From NCBI GenBank assembly GCA_051453625.1, contig JBOZIK010000001.1, forward strand, positions 47,009,378 to 47,073,377: a DNA stretch of 64,000 bases. Reading direction: 5' to 3'. The position numbers and the translations under genes were made by a program. Source of the stretch: Welwitschia mirabilis (taxonomy: Eukaryota). Shown in pieces: positions 38,330 to 52,500 of the stretch (the first letter of the stretch is position 1; the number at the start of each line of letters is the position of its first letter). The notes under the pieces are model-generated. The model made no database searches. It was not told where the DNA came from and saw only the letters and a list, made by a program, of their open reading frames with translations.

Positions 38330-41300
38330 CCAATGATAACCTACCTATGCAAACTCTTTGTGATTACCTTCAATCACAATGCTTAAGAACACCTTCATGT
38401 ATAGTGCAACTGCCCATAAATCAAAGATTCGAATGTAAACGTTCTACCATCCAACTTTTGTCTTACTTCCATGGTTTAGAATCTGAGGACTCATATCTAC
38501 ACCTTAAGGAGTTTTGAGCTTGTATTTTCAACTATGCCCCAGTATTAGAACACATACAACACACTTAAGACTCATCTTATTCCCATTTTCCTTAAAAGGA
38601 AAGGTAAAATCATGGTTCTACACCCTCAAACCCTTTTGCATCAAAACTTGACTCAATCTAAATAAGGCCTTCATCTCTAAATTCTTTTCAAAACATAATA
38701 TGAATGCCTTGAGAAGAAAGGTAATGAACTATCAGCAAAAAAACCATGAAACATTTTCCAAGCCCTAGAAAGATTTAAGGACTTATTACAAAAATTCCCC
38801 TAGCATGGTTTTAAGCCAAGGAGGAAAATAAGTTTCTTTTATACTAGGTTTTCCATGAATAATAGATAACTAGTTGAGATGATGAGTAGGAGAAATTTTC
38901 TTGTCATGCCCTTAGAGAAAGTTGAGAATTATCTTGAAATCATAGCTAAAGAGTCCTAAAATTGGGAGAAACCTAGTGAACATTTTAGATCCCATCATCT
39001 TGTTAGATTCACTAGTGTATTTAAAGTCCTTGAAATTTTTAAAACTAATAATAGGATAAATGAATTAGCAAGAAGAGTAAAATATCTAACCACCTCATCC
39101 TTACCTTTACCTTTAATCATTAAATTAGAGTACCTACTTTTTTGCATAAATATTCATGAAATAGCTGAGTTTCTATTCATCCCTTTATTTCAAAACACAG
39201 TAAAGTAAATGAGTAAGTTAATGTGGTATGACATCATGAAAAAACTAGAAAAATAACTTGTATGCAACTACATACAACCCTGGGTGGAGGAATCACCCTA
39301 ACTTTTCTTGGAAATTGGATAATTTATATAGTCAAAATCAAATCAACCAATCAAAAAACTCATTCCCTTCATCATTCTCTTATCCCTTCCAATCTAATTA
39401 CCAAAAATCATCTTCATCTATCCCCTTTGAGGAATTAGTAAGAAAGTTCATGAAAACCAAAGTCTAACTCAATCATAATCATAAAAAAATACTAAAGTAA
39501 CATTCTTTCTCATTAAGAAATCTTGACTAGAACACTTAATCCATCACTCAATTTCTCCAATAACTTTAACAAACTTAAACCTAAATTTTTTCTACCTCAA
39601 ATCAAAGGAAAATGGGTAAAATTTCCATGAGATCTTAATCAAATCTAAAGGAAGTTAGGTTTTCAAAAAAGTAGAATTGATGTACTTCGAAGAAACTAAG
39701 TCCATTCACCTTATGGGTGGAAAAGAATTAGATAATCCACTTATGTAGAATAAAACCAAAGAAAAACCAACCCCCACCAAAAATCAAGAAAAGGATAAAA
39801 TAATAGAGGAATTCTTGCCTATATAAAAAGAACCCTTACCTTTTATCTAATAACTTAGGAAGGATAATATTATGAAAAAACAATTAGAGTATTTAGAGAT
39901 CTATAAGAAATTTAAGATAAATATCCCTCATTTGGAAGCTATTAAGTAAATGCCTTCCTATGAAAAATTCCTCAAAGACATGTGCACTTTGAAAAGACGC
40001 ATGAATATAAAGAGCAAAGTCTTTTTAGTGCAAAATATAAGTGTAATCTTTTAGAATTAATTTCCACCCTAGTATAAAGGCCCTAAATGCCCTACAATCG
40101 TAATCACCATAGGAAATATGCAACTTAACCAAGCCTTATTGGACTTAAAATCCAGTGTAAACTTGCTTCCTTATAATACATATAAACAATTAGGCTTGGA
40201 AGGGTAGCATAGAAATACAAAAATATAACTCTAGCTACTTGATAATTCTATAAAAATACATTAGAAATTATATAGGACATATTATTAGGGTTTATAGATA
40301 TTATTTCCTAGTGGTTTTTGTAGTTTTGGACATGGACAACACAACAAACCAATTAGTACCCCTCATCTTAGGAAGACCTTGCCTAGTGACTTGAAATGCC
40401 TTAATCAACTGTAGGAATGATTTGATGAAAGTTTCCATTGATATTATGACATTAAAATTGAATGTTTTCAATACTGTGAAATTTTCATCTAATTATAAAG
40501 GGGTAGAACATATGGATAGGATAGGAAGCCTCTTATAAGACTAAGAGTCCTCCACTCATGTTTCTAGAAATGATTACTTAGACTCTTCTCAAAAATCATG
40601 CCCTATCACTCAGGATGAAACCTTTCTTAAAGTTAAGATTCTACCGAATAACCTCAAACATGCTTTCTCATGAGAAATTCCACCTTTCTAGTAGCTATCA
40701 ATTCTTTCTTAATCTTATCCCAAGAAACTAAGTTACTAAACTTTTTAAGGAAGCATAAGCAAGTAATGGAATGGATTCTTCTGGACATTAAGAGTATTAA
40801 TCTTAGCATCTACATGCATTACATTTGCTTAGAAGAGAATGAAAAGCCATTTGTAAAAGCCCAAACAAGGATAAACCAACCCCTAAAGAAAGTGATAAAA
40901 AAATGAGTTGATCAAACTCTTAGACAATGGAATTATCTATCCCATCTCATATAGGAAATGGGTAAGTCCTACCCAAACTGTAGTAAAGAAATTTAGAATT
41001 ATTCTAATTCCAAATGAACATAATGAGCTCATCCCCACCAAACCTACAATAAAATGGAGAATGTAAATAAATTATAGAAAATTAAATGCCATATTTAGAA
41101 AAGATCACTTTGCGCTCCAATTTTCTAATTAAATCTTAGATCAACTTATAAGACATCCTTTTTATTACTTTTTAAATGGGTATTCAGGGTATAAACAAAT
41201 AGAAATTACCCCTAAAAACCAACATAAAACCACCTTCACCTTTCCTTATGAATTCCTTGCTTATAAAAGAATGCATGTTGGTTATGCAATTCGCTTGCCA

Positions 41301-43430
41301 CATTTCAATGTTACATGATTGGAATTTTTTCTGATTTATTAGACTAATGCATTAAAATATTTAAGGTTGATTTCTCTATCTATGAGATCTCTTTCAATCA
41401 TTATCTGCATAACTTATACTTTATTATTGTGTGACTTAATTGGGAAAAATGTAACTTTATGGTTAATAAAGGTATAGTGTTATGACACATTATCTCCTCT
41501 AAAGGCATTCAAGTAGATCCCATGAAATTGTTTCTAATCGCATACCTATCGATGCTACAAAAATACAAATACATTGGACCCTTTTTAAGACATGCAAAAT
41601 ATTATAGGAAATTCATTAAATATTTTAGCAAATTCTCTAAACCATTGTCTAACCTCCTAAGCAAAGATACCTTTTTCAATTGAATCCTCGAGTGTCAACT
41701 AGATTTTGGACAACTTAAGGAAAAACTTACTTCCATTCCCATCATTTAATCACCCAATTGGAGGTTACTCTTTAAATGTATGTGTAATGATAATGATTAT
41801 ACAATTTGAGCCATGCTAGAATAAAGCATAGATAGAAAACCAGTCATAATATATTACATTAGTAAAACATTAAATGACACTTAATTCAACTACAGCATTA
41901 TGGAAAAAGAGCTATTGGCCATAGTCTTTCTCTTAGAGAAATTAGGCAACATCTGTTAGGTTCTAAGATGATTATCTATATAGATCACTCATCCCTTAGA
42001 TATTTATTCTCCAAAAAGGATTTAAAACCTAGATTAATTAGATGGATTCTACTTTTATAGGAGTTTGACTTAGAAATTAAAGACAAAAAGGGCTTTGATA
42101 ATTTTGTTGTGGATCACCTTTTATGAATAACTTAAGAGAATCCATAAAAATCCCTTTTTCATTAATGATACCTTCCCTGATGGACATATCTTCTTAATTG
42201 AGGAAATACCTTGGTTCACGGATATTACAAACTACTTAGTTTCCAAGACCACTGCCTCTCACTAGACTATTAATAATAGAAAGAGATTCTTAAATCATGC
42301 TAAATACTTACTTTGGAATAGTCCATATTTATTTAGGTATTACCTAGATTAATTCTTCTATAAATGTATGCTCTAAACTAAAATACATGATATTCTTAAG
42401 CATTTTCTTTCTGAGGCCTATAGGAGCCATTATTAGACTAAGAAACCTACTACAAAAGTTCTTCAATCTAGTTTCTATTTATTGTCCATTTTAAAATACT
42501 CCTACCTCTATTAAAAATCTTGTGATAATTGTAAAGAATTAGTAAATATTTCGTGAAGGCGTATGATATTCTTGGACTCCATTCTCATCATTCAACCCTT
42601 TGATATTTGGGGAATCAATTTTCAAGATTCATATCCACCCTTAAACAAGCATTAGTATATTCTTATCCATGTTGGTTATATGACTAAATGGATAGAGGCA
42701 TATGCATGTTGATCAAAAAATGTTTAAATAATGATGAAATTCTTTAAGAAAAATATCTTAATGTGATTTGTTTTTTTCACAATTTTTTATTTTTAAGAGA
42801 GGAATACATTACTACAGTAGAATGTTTAACAACCTTATAAAGTATAAACATCTTACCAACCCCAAACTAGTAGTTAAGTTAAGGTTATAAATAGGGAAAC
42901 AAAAAAAATTCTACAAAAAGTAGTAAACTTAAAAGAAAATACTAGTCTTTTAAGCTTAATGACATTTTATGAACCTATCGCATAGCTTATAAAACACTCT
43001 TAGAAATGTATTTGTTTAGATTGCTCTATTAAAAAACTTGTAATTTACCTATACAACTAGGACACATGGCATATTAGGTAATTAAAAATATAAACTTAGG
43101 TTTGGAGGTAACAAGGAAGAAAAGGGCCATACAACTTAAAGAATTATATGAAATTAGGAATGATGCCTATGAAAACATGAAGATCAACAAAGAAAGGATA
43201 AAAAATTTCAATGAGCAAAACATCCTTAGGAAAACATTTCAAGAAGAAAAACTAGTTTTACTTTATAACTCATGATTACATCTATTCCCAGGCAAACTAG
43301 CCGCTAGGTGGAAAAGTTCATTTTTAATTTAAAAAAGGTTTTGTTTAATGGAGTATTTCTCATTAAAAACACCAAAAACCATTAATAATTCAAAGTTAAT
43401 GGACATCACCTTAAATATTATCATTCATCT
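38330..43430 (+). pseudogene. Athila-type gag-pol (gag, protease, RT, RNase H, integrase), decayed
   Basis: Gag: FHGLESEDSYLHLKEF, TYNPGWRNHPNFSW. Protease: ALLDLKSSVNLLP. RT: NYRKLNAIFRKDHF, LNWEKCNFMV. RNase [20 protein letters not shown]. Integrase: FDIWGINF, RNDAYEN, RLHLFPGKL, KVNGHHLKYY. Confidence 0.9.
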
Positions 43431-44757
43431 ATCCCATAGACTTATGAATTTATGAGACTTATAGACCCAAGTTAATGGACTTTAACATAAATCACTAATA
43501 AGTGATCTCGTTATCACCTAAGTAGCAAATATGACTAAGTATAGTTATAAGTTTTTTAAAGAAAAGTTACTCTCATTTTGAGTTTGATTATTTAAAGAAC
43601 ATTCTATTAAGGTATTCAATTTTGATAAATCATGGCTGAAAAAAGTATGATCTATCTTTATATTATGCTTCTTAGATTTTAATGGGAACAAGATTTATCT
43701 TGATTAGGCTATTGAGAAAATGAATCCTCTTATGTGCATAAAAAATGAATATAAAAAGATGAATAAAAGAAGAATATATCTTCTCCAAATGTACATCTTA
43801 TTAATTACTAAATTGGGTTTAGTTAACTATATTAAGGCTATGGACGTTTACTAGCAATGTAGCTCTAATAATCTAATTATGACATAACCCACCACATTGG
43901 AGCTATGAATGCTCACTGGAAATGTAGCATTGATTTCTTCACAAAATAACATGCTTATCTCTATTAAAAGAAAACGTTGCAATACTGGATGCTCAATTTG
44001 ATTCAAAGGCTTAAAACAAAGGACATATATATTGATCGAAAGAAAAAATAAAGGAAAGAAAAAGATGGATAGTTAAGGACTTCTACAATCTATCATTTTT
44101 TCACTTTCATACTTAAGATTTGCTATGACTTCTTGAATTTTTATAAGTTACTTGATCAAGACCACACTTAGTTGATATTGAGATCCACTTAAAAACTATA
44201 AAAATATAATAAGAGTTATTAACTTAGGAAGGTTTACTTATTTATTTATTAGTTTTATGATTTAGTTCATTGATGCATTTTCGTTTTCCATCTCCATCAT
44301 CCACTTCACTTTACCCTTGTTTAATGAGAAATAAATCATAAGACATAAACCACTTTTTATGGGTTGGATTTTCACTTAGCATTTAATAAAATGGTCATTT
44401 TACATTTAGTTAGTTTTTCCTTTTTATAGCTTAGTCACATCACTTTACATTGCTTTTAATAAAAGGGCTTGTTAAGATTTCTCTAAGGTTATGTTCTCAA
44501 ATGATTTAAACACTTTTTATCATACAACTTTAAGGACAAAGTTCAGTTTGGTTAAGGGTTATAATATCCAATTTTCATGTTACTTTTCACCAAATTTTTT
44601 ATTTTGATGCCTTAATAATAGAAAGTTAGTTATAAAATTTCTTAGAGTTACATGATTTTTAGACTTGAGCACTTTGACTTAGAAAATTTTCCCATGTTTA
44701 ATTGTTTCATTATTAACTTTTTGCTAAGGATCTTGGTAAAAGTCTAGTTAGAGGATG

Positions 44758-46107
44758 TGTTAACATGTAAAATTTGACATTTCAATCAAGTTAATTAATC
44801 AATTTATCTTAATAGAAGACATTAATATAAATAATTTTATCAAAAAAATGTCTTCTATTGGTTTTCTATAATAATTATAAACTTATCATTTGCTCATGAC
44901 ATTTTTAGGATACTTACTGCACATTGAAGGACGTGCTTAAAATTAAAAATAATATAGCTTAAAACACCAGAACCACTATTCAGGTCACTTGGTGTCGTTG
45001 ATTCTTCTAAGAAAAATGCCTTATGTCTCATGTTCCTGACTTGTCATGAAAAATTTAGTCAAATAGAGTTATGGGATTAATCAAATTTATCCTTGGAAGT
45101 AACTTGAATTTTTGATGATACATGATGATGATGATGATGATAACACGTAGAAGTGACAGGTGGTATTGACAAGTAGGATAATGATGGAAACACAAGTGAC
45201 AATAGTGTTTAGGAGTAGTAGAAACACCCAAGAGCCAAGTGTTAGCCTCGTGATGATGATCTCTACTTAATGAAAGATGACAAACACCCTACCTAATGCC
45301 ATCATTTTGTAACTATTCACCTAATGCTATAAGCCAAAGGCTTCTAACCACTCCCACCCCCCGTCCTTGTCTATAAAAAGGGCCTAAAACCCTTCATTAT
45401 AATATCTTTCATTTTGGCAAATGATTGAACCTTTGAAAAGCATCAAGTTATGATGGCCTTCTAAGCACTTACTTAGGGAATGAACTTGTCTTCAAGGATA
45501 TCTTGAGGAGTTCTACTAGCATCCATCTTCCTTTGATGTAATGTATTTTCTTTAATATATAAAAGTATTTTGATTTAGATTTTAATTCACAAGTCACTTT
45601 GTACTTGGAATACTTAGATAACAAGTTAACTATCATGTTTTATTTTCATTTGAGTGAATTCCTTAATCATTTGGTCTAATTCTTTATAATTTTAGGGATT
45701 CTGAGTACCTAGGGTTCTTACTTTCCATTTTTATTGCAAGGCTATAAAGAATCAAGTAGAAATTGAGTTCGCCAATCTTCATATGGTGAATAAGGTTATG
45801 TTACATTAACCCAAGCTAATATACTTAATAGTTTTAAGTATGTTATAGGAAAAGCATAGGATATTAACAGAGTAAAGGATTACTAGTGCACAAGTCAATA
45901 AGAACTTAGAGCTTGTTTATTTCCCTTCTTTTTTAAAGTTAAAGTTTCAAAACTATAACTCTGAACTCTTACATTTTTATTTCTCTTAATTGTAACTTGT
46001 AAGAAACAAGAGCATGTAACTTCTAAAAACCTACTTAATTATCCCTATAAAGAGAATAATACTAAGTATTAACTCAGTTAAATCTGGTTCATTGTATGTA
46101 ATAAATA
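44758..46107 (+). repeat. Athila-type LTR copy 2 (PPT upstream, PBS downstream)
   Basis: Starts TGTTAACATG right after TTGCTAAGGATCTTGGTAAAAGTCTAGTTAGAGGATG and is colinear with copy 1. Confidence 0.82.
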
Positions 46108-47679
46108 GATTTTGACATTATTAAGATAATGGCATAGTATCTATTCAAAAAGAGCATAACTTTTCTTTTTTGTGAGCATTTTAGTTATTTTTTTATTTTC
46201 TAATGGAGGCTATTATCCACTTCAGTGATATTTGAACTAGTTCTTTTTTTCTTTCTTTTGTGTATCTTTTCTTTTCTATGGTTACACAGGTCATTCTAGC
46301 AAAATTTAAGCTAGTCTGGTTTTACATTTTCTTTAATTTTTTCCTCTAAGATGATTTGTGTTGTAGGTCTAATAGTGTGTTTACAAGTTGCAATAGGTGT
46401 AAAAAAATAAAAAAATTAACTTGCATGTTGTTTGTGTTTTAATTTATATTTTACTTTTCTGTACAAGTCTACTATAATAAACCTTAAAAATTTAAAAAAG
46501 ATTTTATAATTTCATTAAAATTGCATTCATATGTGCTCACATCCTTTGTTATTATTACATTTTTCTATGACTTAGGTATGTCAATCACTGCGTGAGGTCT
46601 GTGCGAACCTCTATGATTTTTTTGTAATCAAGACTTGCAATTGAACTGGTGCCATTAACTATCTTGCACTAAAGACTCTGAAACTTTATCTGTGACCTCT
46701 ATGAAAACCCAGAAATCATTTTGTCATTTAGGCTTTGTCAAAAACCTTTGTGAAACTTGTTTAAAACTTATTTTATACCTTGCATGTTTTAAATCCATGA
46801 CAAGTCAACAAGATTAATTATGAATTCCTTTAACAAAATGGATCTGTTTTCTAAATAGAGAAACATACAATAAAATCAATCCCATGATGACACCTAAAGG
46901 AAACAAGCCTCACTTATCTCAACAAAAAAAAAAAAAGAAAAGAAATCTAAATAACTTACTTAATTCTCAATTTTCCTTTAATGAGTCATTGTTAAATTAG
47001 GATATAATGGGCTAATTAACTACCTACTACCTTGCCTAAGAGGTGATCAAAACCCAAGCTAACATAGTTCATAATAACTAACCTAAGCAAACTCTTCATG
47101 ATTACCTTCAACCCTAATGCTTAGGAATACCTTCATGTATAGTGCAATCACCCATAAACCAAAGGTTATAATTCAAGCCTTCTACCACCCAAATTTTGCC
47201 TTACTTCCATGGTTTAAAATCAGAGGGCTTATAACTACACTGTAAGAAATTTGAATGTGTATTGCCAATTGTACCCCAGTAGTAGAACACAAATGACACA
47301 CTTAGGATTATCTTATTCCTTTATTTCTTAAAAGAGAAGGAAAAATCATGGCTCTACACCCTCAAGCCCTTTTCCATCAGAAGTTGATCCAATCTAAATA
47401 AGGTCTTCATCCCCAAATTATTTCCAAATTATAAGACAAATACTTTGAGAAGACGGATAATGATCTATTAGAAAAAAGATCATGAAACATTTTCCCAAGA
47501 CCTATAAAGATTTAAGGACTTGTTACAAAAATGCTTCCAACATGAATTTGAGCTAGGGATGGAAATAAGTTTCTTTTATAGTGGGTTGTCCACGTACAAT
47601 AAACAACTGGTTAAGATGATGAGTAGGGGAAATTTCCTTAGTATGTCCTTAGACAAAGTTAGGGAATATCTTAAAGCTT

Positions 47680-49590
47680 GGGATTATTTGATCTCAAGGT
47701 TTTTATTTTGTGGCTTATTTGTATTTTTGCCTAGACTTTGAATCTCTTTAAATATTTTAAGACTTGTATTCTGTGAAGTAAATGATACATAGTCAAGAGT
47801 AATCATCAATGAATATGATAAAATGCCTATTTTAATTTAAAATTGTTGTTCTCATAAAGCCATAAATATTTATATGTATAAAAATGAGTAGAGTTGATTT
47901 GTAATGATCATTAAGTGGAAATGAAATTCTTATTTATTTTCCTTAAATACATATATCACAAGAATGATTTGGAGACATGTTTGAATGTGGAAATCCTCTG
48001 AACAAATTTTGTTTTAACATCATCTCCATGTGCATAGGTGAAGCATGTCTCAATCTATTATTCCATGTGGTAAAAGTGTCCTCATTCATAATTGCTATCA
48101 AAAATTATGTTTTATAAGTTTGAATTTGTAGAGATTGTTTAATGACCTTGAGATAATAACTTTTTATCTTGCCTTTTCTACCCAAGCATTTGTTATTTGA
48201 AAATTCAACTTTGTATCCATTTGATTATAGTTGTCTAATATCGATCAAGTTACCATTAAGTTGAGGGACATAATAAACATATTTAATCTTTATTTCATTG
48301 TTACTCTCATCTAAGATAATAATATTTTCTATTCCTTCTACTTATTCCTTTTGATCATCTTAAACTTAATTCTAGGGTCTTTGATGTTTTCATGTTCTAA
48401 AACAAAATTTTTCGCCATGACATATGTTGGGAACACCCACTATTTAAATGTCAAGCAGTTATGCTATGAATAACCAATGCTTTAATGTACTTATTTTTAG
48501 GTGAAAGTCATATTTTAAAGAAGGATCTTATTTTAAACAAGGCTACAAACCCTCTAACTTCTACATTTTCATGATTTTATTAGTTTATTGTTGTATCCAT
48601 GTAAACATTTCTATCTCTAAGTCTTCTTTTATAATATCTTGCTATATGATATTTCTAGTTTAAGTAATAACTTATGCAATTATAATTTATTAATATAGTT
48701 TTTTCATTTGATTCTTCATGTAAATCTTGTGGGTTTTTTGGAAGTCATTACTTATATCTTCTTCTACCTTCACTTAACTTGTTGTTGGTTGTATTACTTG
48801 TATTGTAATTTGTAGAGTTATATGTATTGTGAGATTGCCTTCTTTAATTATTGCCTCCTCTTTGGGTGTAGTTCCTACCTCCTCTTGTTTTGTTGAAGAT
48901 TGTTCCTTCTCTTTGATTTTTAAACTTCTTATTCTATCTCTAAAATAATTAATAGATTCATTGATTAAAGTTCTAAAATAATTTAAATCATTTTCCTCTG
49001 TTCCTTTAAGTTTCATCTCATGTAAAGTTAGCCTATCCACTAGTTAACCAATTGTCATGATCTTCAAATCATCAAAATTTTTAATTGTAAAAGATATTTA
49101 ATCAAATTTTCTTGTGAGTGTTCTTATAATTTTAAGATTTTAATCTTTCTTACTAATAGTGGTGCCTTGAATATTGATTTCTTTAGTCAAAAATCTACTT
49201 ATTGCACTTAACTTTAAACATCCTCTTCTTTTGTTATTTGCAAGTTGGCACATTGTGTTTAAGGTTTTAGAGTTTGACTTATTTAATTCTATTATAATGT
49301 TGGTAAATGATGTCTAAACCTCGTCATAACTTATATTAAGATATATAGGCCTAATATTTCCTCATTTTGTCATTTGGAATGCTAGCATAGATCACTGTAA
49401 TTACATTGCTATCATCTTATTCAACCTTATGTTTTGCTCTCTTTGTAGCTTCGTTTATTGGTAGAGTAAATGTTTTAACATCATTTTTAACTATACACCA
49501 TAAAACTTAGGCCTTGATGTACTTCTTCATTCTAATTTTCCAATGGTTCTAGAAGTTATTTTCAAACATAGGTAGCAACCCTTTTGTCAT
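47680..49590 (-). pseudogene. Decayed Copia gag-protease-integrase N-terminal remnant
   Basis: MTKGLLPMFENNF*NHWKIRMKKYIKA from 49590. *HLNSGCSQHM protease at ~48421-48453, then YVPQLNGNLI. WNNRLRH...CDIC (HHCC), FIIFIDDYS and KTLRSNN, ending abruptly at ~47682. Confidence 0.85.
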
Positions 49591-52500
49591 GGTGGCAAAC
49601 TGACAACAATTTCCTTGTTTATTAATGAAATGTTAATTTAAATAATAATTAAACTTAATTCCTATGATTTTCAAAAGAAATAATCATAAGATAAAACCCA
49701 ACTCTAAAACTCCATATGAAACAGAGGCTTCTTTTTTTTTGAATTTTTAACTTGAAATTTTGAGTTTTAGATTTTCAAAAGCTTGACTTCAACTACTATT
49801 TAAAATTTAACTTTTAATTTCATGATAAATATATCTTTGGCTTTTTTATTTCACTAATTTTAAAAAATATTATATTATAGTTTTATAGCAAAAAAATCAA
49901 ACCTCTATTTCTTCTTCATTATGAAACTAATTTTAAAGTTTTTAGAATTTTTATTTTCTTGCTTCTAAAGTTCTCATTCTTCTACATTTTTTGCAACTTT
50001 GGCTTTATAACAAGATTTTACATCCTACTTTATTTCATGATGTAACATTATTTTATAATGAAACATTATTTCAAAAATCTAGATTTTTGTTTCCATGAAC
50101 TAGTTGATTTTGACTTTGTTACAAGACCTATTATTTTAGAAATTTCTAGTTTCTTCTTTTCTTCATCATCATCCTTGAACCTAGGATTTTGTTATATTTA
50201 TCTTTAACATCCTAGAACTACAACCTTGAGATTTAATACCATTTTAGAATATAGAATATGTATGCTTTGAAATCATATTCATAGATGTGCAGAAGTGTTT
50301 TATAAATAAAACATTAATAATAATTAAACATTAATATTAATGTATAAAATTTATTTCATACTGGCTTTATGTAATCTACGAAAATCATGTGTCTAGAAGA
50401 CACTTTTCATTTGGGATCATTTCTTAATAAAACACTCTAACGGATATTCTAATGAACGGGTGATGGATGATTATTAAATAGTTTCATTCTTCATTAGTAC
50501 ATGTTAGTCAAAGGTTATTACACATGACATGTATCTTTTCATTTGAAACCATTTACCTTGACTAATATTAATCAATGGTTTTTTATCATTTAATATAGTT
50601 ATATGCTTTGTACAAAACACACATTTATTATTCTTTTATTTAAGGATTATTACTTGTACTAATTAATCCTTTTATTTTTTGATGCCCTATCAATCAAGGT
50701 ATAGGTAGCAATTTCGAGGAGGAAAAAAGCTAGGGCCTCTATTCTAGTATAGGTAACCATAATTGTCATTTTCTTTGTCATTCTCTTATAAGGACTATAA
50801 AGGTATTCTAGAGGTTACAAAAACGAGCAAATGTTTCAAAAATATATTTAGAGTATAAGGAGGATCTAAAAAGAAATTAAGAGAAGTAATTTATTAATTT
50901 AATATCTCCTCTTAAGAATTAAGAATAATTGTTCGTAAGGTAATTTTTCACACAAACCTCAGTCTAGTAAGAGATATTTAACTAAGTACAACTTGGTTTC
51001 CTAGATAGGTATAAATTATTTTTCTATAGATTTTGAATGTAAAGAAAATACAATTATGGATTATTACATCTTATAATGAAATGTAGGAAAACACTAGGAT
51101 AGTATGAAAGTTATCATCTACTAAAGTGTCTATCATTTAAAACATTAAAGGCTTAATTCTCCTAAATAAGTATAAAGGAATATTCAAAAATGTTATTGCA
51201 TAATTAATAATCTTAATTGAATTAGAGATAGAAAAGTAAAGTAAATCTAACTCANNNNNNNNNNAGTGTATTCGCTAATAATTCAACCACGATACAAATT
51301 ACCACATCATAGAACAAGTCTAAGGTAAGATTATAGAATAATCATTTTCTCCTACCCTGCAAGGAAGAAAGGAGGCTTAGAAGCTCACGATAAGACAAAC
51401 CCTCGTAATAGCCATTAGAATTCTAAAAATGATAGAATTTCTATAGGGAATCATAAATGGTACTTTGATGAAGGTAAACTCCAAGATTCACTATCCACCA
51501 TGGATAATGAATGGAGGGTGAAGATGAAGATGTCTAGCCCTTAAGGTAACCTAGTTTTTTATAGCTATCCTTAGGGGTAAAGTTATTCGTTTGGTATGTC
51601 TTTATTATTAATCGATAGAAGTGACAAATCTTCTTACATAACAAGAAATAGACATCTGGTGTTTAGTCTTCATAAACTAGTTTAGCACTAGGTTGTAAAC
51701 TTAATCTACCACCTTAGCACTTCATTTGTTTGTCTTACTTTGTAAAACCTACTTTGCTTCATAAAGTTAATGGTGTTAGAGGTTTAAATGATGGCACTAA
51801 TACCATTAGCTAGTTCAACTTTAGTGAAGGTTGGGAAACTTGAATTATCTTCTAGATAAAATACTAAAACTTGGTCTTTTTTAATGATAGTTTTGGTAAT
51901 TAATGAATAAACATTATTAGTAATAAAGTAATTACAAATGTGGTATATATAGTCTTAAAAATACATTAATCCACTAAATTTTAGAAATTTCAAATATAAA
52001 AATTTAAGTCTAAACAAGTTCTAGAAGGATTTAAGAGGGCTTGAGAATGAATGAAAGTTCCAAAAACCATGCTTTAGAACATGTTTTTAAGTTAGTTTTA
52101 AAACCAAGTTGGATGGCATCATAGTGATATTCAAATTTTTCAACATTGATTTTTCATGTAATTATACTCATATAGTTATCTTCTAAGTATAACTTTATCT
52201 TAAAACTGCATATGTGAAATTAAATACTTCATAATATGTGAAAAATTAATAACTTTAACCTCATTGAAAGGCCAAAAATCAACATAACTAAATCCTAAAA
52301 GCCATCGATCATATTTAGAGAACCTAGTACATTATAGACATCATATAACCTCATTCAAAGTCATCTCAATTACATAGAAGTACCTGTTAAAAGTCCCAAT
52401 GACCATAAAAGTCACTGTTAAAAGCAATACTAGATTGCTAGCAATGTTTATATCGCATGATCAATGCTCATTGTCAAGATCACATGTAGCCATATGATAA

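Larger units (their letters stand above)
34964..47675 (+). mobile_element. Athila-type Gypsy element with tandem structure LTR-internal-LTR-PBS-gag (truncated)
   Basis: LTRs at ~34964-36299 and 44758-~46107. Both are followed by TTTTGACATTATT..., a decayed TGGCGCCGTTGCC-type PBS. Complete decayed gag-pol at ~38330-43430 and an Athila-type PPT region before 44758. Confidence 0.82.

Noticed and set aside
50229-51800. PBS-like GATTTAATACCA (~50230) and LTR-like text around 51300-51600
   Set aside because: Boundaries and a partner LTR could not be established by eye.
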